Position numbers and translations under genes: made by a program. Below are positions 53,400 to 64,000 of a stretch of 64,000 nucleotides of DNA, one piece after another. Within the stretch, counting starts at the first letter, position 1. Each line of letters starts with the position of its first letter. The notes beneath the pieces are model-generated. The model had not been told where the DNA came from. It ran no database searches and saw nothing but the letters and a program-made list of their open reading frames with translations. Source of the DNA: Pecten maximus (taxonomy: Eukaryota). The stretch lies in contig NC_047021.1 in assembly GCF_902652985.1 (NCBI RefSeq), positions 19,344,001 to 19,408,000 of the forward strand, read 5' to 3'.

Positions 53400-54600
53400 T
53401 GGATTCCGTTGAAGAATTTGCCAAATATGAGTTTGGTGACCAAATCTCCAATCAGACTATTAGGATACTCAGGGCAGCAAACTGTATCCCCCTGTTTGAT
53501 GACTTTCTTATCAGAACAAGTAACAGAAACCTAGCTAAGTTCTTCAATTTCACCTATAGATATACTGACTATTTTTTATCTTTAAAAACAGAAAATTGTT
53601 TCCCATATCGATATACCCTGTAGAATTTGAAATCAATGACACTACAGACTCTTCAACATACGCTGCTTACCTCGATCATTACTTACAACGTAACCGACAG
53701 GGACAGCGTACACGTAAGCTGTATGATAAGCATGATGATATCTATTCCCAAACTGTCAATTTTCCATTTCTTGATAGCAACATCCTTCTTACCCCTGCTT
53801 ATGTTTACAGTTGATTCGATATTTAAGAACCGATTATTACGATTTCCTTGACAGAATACCAACACAAGGAGAGATGCAGGTTGATACAAACCTTGACAGA
53901 TTACCAACACAAGGAGAGATGCAGGTTGATACAAACCTTGACAGATTGCCAACACAAGGAGAGATGCAGGTTGATACAAACCTTGACAGAATACCAACAC
54001 AAGGAGAGATGCAGGTTGATACAAACCTTGACAGATTACCAACACAAGGAGACATGCAGGTTGATACAAACCTTGACAGATTACCAACACAAGGAGAGAT
54101 GCAGGTTGATAAAACCTTGACAGATTACCAACACAAGGAGAGATGCAGGTTGATACAAACCTTGACAGATTACCAACACAAGGAGAGATGCAGGTTGATA
54201 CAAACCTTGACAGATTACCAACACAAGGAGAGATGCAGGTTGATACAAACCTTGACAGATTACCAACACAAGGAGAGATGCAGGTTGATACAAACCTTGA
54301 CAGATTACCAACACAAGGAGACATGCAGGTTGATACAAACCTTGACAGATTACTAACACAAGGAGAGATGCAGGTTGATACAAACCTTGACAAAGTTTAG
54401 ACTCGACCTCACGATCTCATTTGGAAATATATCATTTCCTCGTGTGATAAAAAGACGGATTGAGGCTTGTTGATATGCCAATGGGTTCCGTTGTCACCAT
54501 CCTAACTCTCTTTCGATGAGGCAGAAGACGCTTACTCTTTCGCAATATCTGGTCTTATTCTCCTGGTGCTTTTTCAGGAGTCTCTATACAAAGTATTGTT
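53400..54600 (+). mobile_element. 5'-truncated decayed Penelope-like retroelement (RT core, thumb and 3' UTR), interrupted by a 45-bp array; no GIY-YIG after the RT
   Basis: EFGDQISNQTI...ANCIPLFDDFL (motif B); FNFTYRYTDYFLSL (RYIDD); IYPVEFEINDTTDSSTYAAYLD; KLYDKHDD...VNFPFLDSNILLTPAY; LIRY...YYDFLDR. Resumes after the array with TLTKF...HDLIWKY. Confidence 0.88.
53846..54392. repeat. 45-bp minisatellite CCTTGACAGATTACCAACACAAGGAGAGATGCAGGTTGATACAAA, 12 copies
   Basis: Near-identical units, bounded by CCTTGACA at 53846 and 54385. Confidence 0.98.
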
Positions 54601-56547
54601 TAAATTTCTCCAATGTGTAATTGACGTTGAGTTTGAATTGTGAGTTTGTTGATACATCGGTATTTTTTTTTTTAAATTTTTCCAAACACCTGTGGTCATA
54701 AATGAGGTCGCTCTAGCTATTTATATTTCCGACATCGTGGCTCTATTTACTTAATTAATTGTCTGATTGTCAGAAAACTCCATACAAACACTCATATCCA
54801 TCATCGTTTGGACAAATTTGGGTTTCAACTTTTTCAGGTCAAAATTGAGGTCATTGCCATTATAAACAGATTTTCTCTACCGACGACTTTAATTATCTGA
54901 TTGTCTTGAATTAATTTGCATTTACAATGTAAATATCCTGTGATCCAAACTGAGGTCGCTCTTACCATTAACAATGTTTGGTCGTCCTCGTTCTACGAAC
55001 TTTTTCATTTCTGAAAGGGGCATTATGCTTCTTACCATCTTTTTTGCATATTGTTTAATGTGGAATATCGAGGTGATTTGTATCGACTTGTTAATATCTG
55101 TTTAGCACTGTCTCTGCTTATATCACATTTCTGATAGACTGGTAACCTTTAAAATCCGAAGGGCATCCGAAAAGCTGGAATATCTATACAGCGACTGCGA
55201 TAAGCTATCACAGACAAGGCTACCGTACATGAAATAAATTGACCATGTTATCTCTTTAGAAATCTGGCAAAATCTGACAGACCCGGAGCTAATGACCTAA
55301 CGCCACCCTGTAACATTGAAAGAAAGTCAGTCTTACAGGAATGGATCCCAATCAGGGTTAGTGAAGTTTACATTTTTCATGTAAAAAAAGATGTGTACAG
55401 AAGTAACAGTAAAAACACTTTCATTGATATGATGCAATGCATCTGGAACGCTATCATTCACAATCAGTCAGCCGAGAGGGTCACTTTTCCAAATGTTTAT
55501 TTTTGTCAAAAATATCAAAACATGTTGATAAACCACCTGTGGTATCTTCAATCAGATAACTACGTCTTCCAGTTTAGTGGGAATAACAGCACACTATGGG
55601 GAAACCGAAAGTAATGAAAACCGGAACTAGATTGGAAGGCTGTGGTCTCGTAAACTTAGATGTTTAGTGCGTTCCTTGTGAATCTTATGTGATTTTTTTC
55701 CTTCTCTCGATACACTTCAAGTTATAGCTGATGATAATGAAATTCCGTGAGTGTGAAATATAGGTTCGATGGAGTATATTAGGCAATCCTACTATTTAGA
55801 AAACACATGTGAAATAATATAAACGCATGGGAAATTTAAGTGTTTAGTCAGGTGGCATCGCGAGTGAGTTATATTTCAAATCTATATTATCCCAGGAAAG
55901 ACCAATTTGCTAAAATCAGATGAAGTCTAAAAAGAATACATAATATTATCGTCTGTTTCATAATTCATCATATACACATTTGTCTTCAAATGCTTTCTGA
56001 AATTTGATCATCCAAAAATCTTTTACAGGAAATAAAACATAGGTGGGTTAGCAAAGGTCTTTTATTTAAACGTTCTCCTCGATTTATGTTAACGAATCCA
56101 ATTTATCAAGTCGAATGTTTATGCTTATTGACTCTTTTTTTTTCAAAGACTTGTTTCTAAATTTACAAATTCCATAATATAAATATTACAAACTGACAAA
56201 GTAGCAACACCAAGTGTATCGATGAAGACCATGTAAAAGCTTGGCGATTGATACCATGATCCGACTGGGATTTGAATTATCTGTTTCCGTGCGATACATA
56301 AGCTCATACATGTTTATATTCATGATTGTTCCATTGCTGCATGTAACAACCCCGGTTCTCAATTTGACAACGTGACATTACCTCGCTGAGATCTAACTTG
56401 ACACGATAGATATCAATGAAGAAGATAACGCTTTCCCCTCCTGGACATATGTTAGTTTCTCACTTTCCCCACTATTAATGTGTTAATCTAAATCAGTATT
56501 CCGTCCTCCTTTAATCTAAAATTTGAATGAAGGTATAATTTACAATC

Positions 56548-56664
56548 GGTTTTGGAGGTGGAGGAAAGCCGGAGTACCCGGAGAAAAACCACCGGCCTAC
56601 GGTCAGTACCTGGCAACTGCCCCACGTAGGATTCGAACTCGCAACCCAGAGGTGGAGGGCTAGT
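56548..56664 (-). mobile_element. V-domain tRNA-SINE fragment (B-box plus V domain)
   Basis: Minus strand: GAGTTCGAATCC B-box, then GGTGGTTTTTCTCCGGGTACTCCGGCTTTCCTCCACCTCCAAAACC. Confidence 0.88.
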
Positions 56665-56959
56665 CCCTGAATTATCGATCGGCAGTGATAACTGTCAGTA
56701 TATGTCTTGTGTTATGTGTTATGTGTAATCACGATTACATATCAACACCTTGTAGCGACGTTTCGATTTTAATCAGAAACAAACTAAACAGAGAGCTGAT
56801 TTTTTCTATGACCGCTATAATTAAGCTGGTAGAACATCGAACTAAATACATCTTAGACGTAGACCGCGTAAGTTCACTATGGCACCATCGAACAAAACTC
56901 ACCTTAATAGAGACAGCGATAATTCAGTCGGAAGAAAAACCATACTGAAGGCATCTTAG

Positions 56960-59900
56960 GTGGAGATCGCACTAGTTCAGTAGCTAGAACATCGAACTCC
57001 CGATATCTCAGATGGAGACCGCGCTAGTTCAGTAGATAGAACATCGAACTCCCGATATCTCAGATGGAGACCGCGCTAGTTCAGTGGATAGAACATCGAA
57101 CTCCCGATATCTCAGATGGGGATCGCGCTAGTTCAGTAGATAGAACATCGAACTCCCGATATCTCAGATGGAGACCGCGCTAGTTCAGTGGATAGAACAT
57201 CGAACTCCCGATATCTCAGATGGGGATCGCGCTAGTTCAGTAGATAGAACATCGAACTCCCGATATCTCAGATGGAGACCGCGCTAGTTCAGTGGATAGA
57301 ACATCGAACCCCCGATATCTCAGAGGGAGATCGCGCTAGTTCAGTAGATAGAACATCGAACTCCCGATATCTCAGATGGAGATCGCACTAGTTCAGTAGC
57401 TAGAACATCGAACTCCCGATATCTCAGATGGAGACCGCGCTAGTTCAGTGGATAGAACATCGAACTCCCGATATCTCAGATGGGGATCGCGCTAGTTCAG
57501 TAGATAGAACATCGAACTCCCGATATCTCAGATGGAGACCGCGCTAGTTCAGTGGATAGAACATCGAACTCCCGATATCTCAGATGGGGATCGCGCTAGT
57601 TCAGTAGATAGAACATCGAACTCCCGATATCTCAGATGGAGACCGCGCTAGTTCAGTGGATAGAACATCGAACCCCCGATATCTCAGAGGGAGATCGCGC
57701 TAGTTCAGTAGATAGAACATCGAACTCCCGATATCTCAGATGGAGATCGCACTAGTTCAGTAGCTAGAACATCGAACTCCCGATATCTCAGATGGAGACC
57801 GCGCTAGTTCAGTGGATAGAACATCGAACTCCCGATATCTCAGATGGGGATCGCGCTAGTTCAGTAGATAGAACATCGAACTCCCGATATCTCAGATGGA
57901 GACCGCGCTAGTTCAGTGGATAGAACATCGAACCCCCGATATCTCAGAGGGAGATCGCGCTAGTTCAGTAGATAGAACATCGAACTCCCGATATCTCAGA
58001 TGGAGACCGCGCAAGTTCAGTAGATAGAATATCGAACTCCCGATATCTCAGATGGAGACCGCGCTAGTTCAGTGGATAGAACATCGAACACCCGATATCT
58101 CAGATGGAGACCGCGCTAGTTCAGTGGATAGAATATCGAACTCCCGATATCTCAGATGGAGACCGCGCTAGTTCAGTGGATAGAACATCGAACACCCGAT
58201 ATCTCAGATGGAGACCGCGCTAGTTCAGTAGATAGAACATCGAACTCCCGATATCTCAGATGGAGACCGCGCTAGTTCAGTAGATAGAACATCGAACTCC
58301 CGATATCTCAGATGGAGATCGCGCTAGTTCAGTAGATAGAACATCGAACTCCCGATATCTCAGATGGAGACCGCGCTAGTTCAGTAGATAGAACATCGAA
58401 CTCCCGATATCTCAGATGGAGATCGCGCTAGTTCAGTAGATAGAACATCGAACTCCCGATATCTCAGATGGAGACCGCGCAAGTTCAGTAGATAGAATAT
58501 CGAACTCCCGATATCTCAGATGGAGATCGCGCCAGTTCAATAGATAGAACATCGAACTCCCGATATCTCAGATGGAGCTCGCGCTTGCTCAGTGGATAGA
58601 ACATCGAACTCCCGATATCTCAGATAGAGCTTGCGTTTGCTCAGTAGATAGAACATCGAACTCCCGATATCTCAGATGGAGATCGCGCTAGTTCAGTAGA
58701 TAGAACATCGAACTCCCGATATCTCAGATAGAGATCGCGCCAGTTCAGTAGATAGAACATCGAACTCCCGATATCTCAGATAGAGATCGCGCTAGTTCAG
58801 TAGATAGAACGTCGAACTCCCGATATCTCAGATGGAGACCGCGCTAGTTCAGTCGATAGAATATCGAACTCCCGATATCTCAGATGGAGATCGCGCTAGT
58901 TCAGTAGATAGAACATCGAACTCCCGATATCTCAGATGGAGACCGCGCTAGTTCAGTAGATGGAACATCGAACTCCCGATATCTCAGATGGAGATCGCGC
59001 TAGTTCAGTAGATAGAACATCGAACTCCCGATATCTCAGATGGAGACCGCGCTAGTTCAGTAGATAGAACATCGAACTCCCGATATCTCAGATGGAGATC
59101 GCGCTAGTTCAGTAGATAGAACATCGAACTCCCGATATCTCAGATGGAGACCGCGCAAGTTCAGTAGATAGAATATCGAACTCCCGATATCTCAGATGGA
59201 GATCGCGCCAGTTCAATAGATAGAACATCGAACTCCCGATATCTCAGATGGAGCTCGCGCTTGCTCAGTGGATAGAACATCGAACTCCCGATATCTCAGA
59301 TGGAGCTTGCGTTTGCTCAGTAGATAGAACATCGAACTCCCGATATCTCAGATGGAGATCGCGCTAGTTCAGTAGATAGAACATCGAACTCCCGATATCT
59401 CAGATAGAGATCGCGCCAGTTCAGTAGATAGAACATCGAACTCCCGATATCTCAGATAGAGATCGCGCTAGTTCAGTAGATAGAACGTCGAACTCCCGAT
59501 ATCTCAGATGGAGACCGCGCTAGTTCAGTCGATAGAATATCGAACTCCCGATATCTCAGATGGAGATCGCGCTAGTTCAGTAGATAGAACATCGAACTCC
59601 CGATATCTCAGATGGAGACCGCGCTAGTTCAGTAGATAGAACATCGAACTCCCGATATCTCAGATGGAGATCGCGCTAGTTCAGTAGATAGAACATCGAA
59701 CTCCCGATATCTCAGATGGAGATCGCGCTAGTTCAGTAGATAGAACATCGAACTCCCGATATCTCAGATGGAGATCGCGCTAGTTCAGTAGATAGAACAT
59801 CGAACTCCCGATATCTCAGATGGAGACCGCGCAAGTTCAGTAGATAGAATATCGAACTCCCGATATCTCAGATGGAGATCGCGCCAGTTCAATAGATAGA

Positions 59901-62900
59901 ACATCGAACTCCCGATATCTCAGATGGAGCTCGCGCTTGCTCAGTGGATAGAACATCGAACTCCCGATATCTCAGATGGAGCTTGCGTTTGCTCAGTAGA
60001 TAGAACATCGAACTCCCGATATCTCAGATAGAGATCTCGCCAGTTCAGTAGATAGAACATCGAACTCCCGATATCTCAGATGGAGGCCGCGCTAGTTCAG
60101 TAGATAGAATATCGAACTCCCGATATCTCAGATGGAGATCGCGATAGTTCAGTAGATAGAACGTCGAACTCCCGATATCTCAGATGGAGACCGCGCTAGT
60201 TCAGTCGATAGAATATCGAACTCCCGATATCTCAGATGGAGATCGCGCTAGTTCAGTAGATAGAACATCGAACTCCCGATATCTCAGATGGAGATCGCGC
60301 TAGTTCAGTAGATAGAACATCGAACTCCCGATATCTCAGATGGAGATCGCGCTTGTTCAGTAGATAGAACATCGAACTCCCGATATCTCAGATGGAGACC
60401 GCGCTAGTTCAGTCGATAGAACATCTGACTCTTGGTATCTCAGATGGAGATCGCGCTAGTTCAGTAGATAGAACATCTAACTCCCGATATCTCAGATGGA
60501 GATCGCGCTTGTTCAGTAGATAGAACATCGAACTCCCGATATCTCAGATGGAGACCGCGCTAGTTCAGTCGATAGAACATCTGACTCTTGGTATCTCAGA
60601 TGGAGATCGCGCTAGTTCAGTAGATAGAACATCTAACTCTTGATATCTCAGATGGAGATCGCGCTAGTTCAGTAGATAGAACATCGAACTCCCGATATCT
60701 CAGATGGAGATCGAGCTTGTTCAGTAGATAGAACATCTAACTCTTGATATCTCAGATGTAGATCGCACTAGTTCAGTAGATAGAACATCGAACTCCCAAT
60801 ATCTCAGATGGAGATCGCGATAGTTCAGTAGATAGAACATCGAACTCCCGATATCTCAGATGGAGATCGGGCTTGTTCAGTAGATAGAACATCTAACTCT
60901 TGATATCTCAGATGGAGATCGCGCTAGTTCAGTAGATAGAACATCAAACTCCCGATATCTCAGATGGAGATCGCGATAGTTCAGTAGATAGAACATCGAA
61001 CTCCCGATATCTCAGATGGAGATCGCACTAGTTCAGTAGATAGAACATCGAACTCCCGATATCTCAGATGGAGATCGCGATAGTTCAGTAGATAGAACAT
61101 CGAACTCCCGGTATCTCAGATGGAGATCGCACTAGTTCAGTAGATAGAACATCGAACTCCCGATATCTCAGATGGAGATCGCGCCAGTTCAATAGATAGA
61201 ACATCGAACTCCCGATATACATGTATCAAATGGAGATCGCACTAGTTCAATAGATAGAACATCAAACTCCCGATATCTCAGATGGAGATCGCACTAGTTC
61301 AGTAGATAGAACATCGAACTTCCGATATCTCAGATGTAGGTCGCGCTAGTTCAGTAGATAGAACATCAAACTCATGACATTGTAGATTGAGACCGCGCTT
61401 TTTCAGTCGATAGAACATCAAACTCCCGATATCTCAGATGGAGACCGCGCTAGTTCAGTCGATAGAACATCGAACTCCCGATATCTCTGATGGAGATCGC
61501 GCCAGTTCAATAGATAGAACATCGAACTCCCGATATACATGTATCAAATGGAGATCGCAGTAGTTCAATAGATAGAACATCAAACTCCCGATATCTCAGA
61601 TGGAGACCGCGCTAGTTCAGTCGATAGAACATCGAACTCCCGATATCTCAGATGGAGATCGCGATAGTTCAGTAGATAGAACGTCGAACTCCCGATATCT
61701 CAGATGGAGACCGCGCTAGTTCAGTAGATAGAACATCGAACTCCCGATATCTCAGATGGAGATCGCGCTAGTTCAGTAGATAGAACATCGAACTCCCGAT
61801 ATCTCAGATGGATATCGTGCTAGTTCAGTAGATAGAACATCGAACTCCCGATATCTCAGATGGAGATCGAGCTTGTTCAGTAGATAGAACATCTAACTCT
61901 TGATATCTCAGATGTAGATCGCACTAGTTCAGTAGATAGAACATCGAACTCCCAATATCTCAGATGGAGATCACGATAGTTCAGTAGATAGAACATCGAA
62001 CTCCCGATATCTCAGATGGAGATCGGGCTTGTTCAGTAGATAGAACATCTAACTCTTGATATCTCAGATGGAGATCGCGCTAGTTCAGTAGATAGAACAT
62101 CAAACTCCCGATATCTCAGTTGGAGCTCGCGCTTGCTCAGTAGATAGAACATCAAACTCCCGATATCTCAGATGGATATCGTGCTTGTTCAGTAGATAGA
62201 ACGTCGACCTCCCGATATCTCAGATGGAGATCGGGCTTATTCAGTAGATAGAACATCGAACTCCCGATATCTCAGATGGAGATCGCGCTAGTTCAGTAGA
62301 TAGAACATCGAACTCCCGATATCTCAGATGGAGACAGCGCTTGCTCAGTAAATAGAACATCGAACTCCCGGTATCTCAGATGGAGATCGCACTAGTTCAG
62401 TAGATAGAACATCGAACTCCCGATATCTCAGATGGAGATCGCGCCAGTTCAATAGATAGAACATCGAACTCCCGATATCTCAGATGGAGACAGCGCTTGC
62501 TCAGTAAATAGAACATCGAACTCCCGGTATCTCAGATGGAGATCGCACTAGTTCAGTAGATAGAACATCGAACTCCCGATATCTCAGATGGAGATCGCAC
62601 TAGTTCAGTAGATAGAACATCGAACTCCCGATATCTCAGATGGAGATCGCACTAGTTCAGTAGATAGAACATCGAACTTCTGATATCTCAGATGTAGGTC
62701 GCGCTAGTTCAGTAGATAGAACATCAAACTCATGACATTGTAGATTGAGACCGCGCTTCTTCAGTCGATAGATCATCAAACTCCCGATATCTCAGATGGA
62801 GACCGCGCTAGTTCAGTCGATAGAACATCGAACTCCCGATATACATGTATCAAATGGAGATCGCACTAGTTCAATAGATAGAACATCAAACTCCCGATAT

Positions 62901-63880
62901 CTCAGATGGAGGTCGCACTAGTTCAGTAGATAGAACATCGAACTTCCGATATCTCAGATGTAGGTCGCACTACTTCAGTAGATAGAACATCGAACTCATG
63001 ACATTGTAGTTTGAGACCGCGCTAGTTCAGTCGATAGAACATCAAACTCCCGATATCTCAGATGGAGACCGCGCTAGTTCAGTCGATAGAACATCGAACT
63101 CCCGATATCTCAGATGGAGATCGCGTTTGTTCAGTAGATATAACATCGAACTCCCGATATCTCAGATGGAGATCGCGCTAGTTCAGTAGCTAGAACATCG
63201 AACTCCCGATATCTCAGATGGAGATCGCGTTAGTTCAGTAGCTAGAACATCGAACTCCCGATATCTCAGATGGAGACCGCGCTAGTTCAGTAGCTAGAAC
63301 ATCGAACTCCCGATATCTCAGATGGAGACCGCGCTAGTTCAGTCGATAGAACATCGAACTCCCGATATCTCAGATGGAGATCGCCCTAGTTCAGTAGATA
63401 GAACATCGAACTCCCGATATCTCAGATGGAGATCGCGTTTGTTCAGTAGATAGAACATCGAACTCCCGATATCTCAGATGGAGATCGGGCTTGTTCAGTA
63501 GATAGAACATCGAACTCCGGATATCTCAGATGGAGATCGCGCTAGATCAGTAGATAGAACATCGAACTCCCGATATCTCAGATTGAGATCGCACTAGTTC
63601 AGTAGATAGAACATCGAACTCCCGATATCTCAGATGGAGACCGCGCTAGTTCAGTCGATAGAACATCGAACTCCCGATATCTCAGATGGAAATAGCGCTA
63701 GTTCAGTAGATAGAACATCTACATCATGACATCGTAGATGGAGAACGCGCTAGTTCAGTCGATAGAACAAGGCACCTTAGGTTAAGAACGGGATAGTTCA
63801 GTCGATAGAACATCGAACTCCCGATATCTCAGATGGAGATCGCGCTAGTTCAGTAGATAGAACATCTACATCATGACATA
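56960..63880. repeat. 52-bp satellite GATAGAACATCGAACTCCCGATATCTCAGATGGAGA(T/C)CGCGCTAGTTCAGTA, about 130 copies
   Basis: 52-bp periodicity (57141 to 57193). Degenerate precursor units start at about 56810. A 13-mer higher-order repeat is present. Confidence 0.98.
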
Positions 63881-64000
63881 TGTCGGTGAACACCGCCATA
63901 GCTCAGGGTACGTCCTTCGCTATTATCAATGTGACCTGAGGAAAACACTCTACGCATATCATTCAGGATAGCACGGGATTGTCTTTTTGATGTTGTTCTG

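Noticed and set aside
53683-54400. 236-aa and 181-aa ORFs
   Set aside because: They stay open only because the 45-bp unit lacks stops in those frames. They are repeat read-through inside a dead RT.
56960-63880. CRISPR-like appearance of regular repeats (also the 28-, 30- and 32-bp arrays)
   Set aside because: Units are contiguous with no unique spacers, there are no cas genes, and the context is eukaryotic.

Overview
AT-rich eukaryotic intergenic or intronic DNA. The SINE, Penelope and CR1 families suggest a bivalve mollusc, possibly a scallop (inference). I recognise no intact host gene, rRNA or true tRNA. About 40% of the window is tandem repeat: at least 13 unrelated minisatellite families with units of 20-53 bp, the largest being 28-bp (1.9-5.4 kb), 24-bp (6.7-9.0 kb), 27-bp (44.7-51.8 kb) and 52-bp (57.0-63.9 kb). 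Most ORFs in the supplied track are read-throughs of these repeats. Recognisable transposon remains are the 3' end of a Gypsy LTR element, a mariner with both TIRs but a dead transposase, three Penelope-like fragments, CR1 3' ends, several tRNA-derived SINEs, three Crypton-like hairpin-ended elements, a Kolobok-like fragment and hammerhead-ribozyme motifs. Three observations stand out. (1) The arrays record many TA-[CA..TG]-TA micro-insertions that look like DNA-transposon excision footprints. (2) Several arrays appear to be seeded from TE sequence; one 45-mer can be traced to an 8-bp microhomology in a Penelope RT. (3) The 52-bp satellite looks like an amplified tRNA/SINE 5' half. All coordinates and counts were read by eye.
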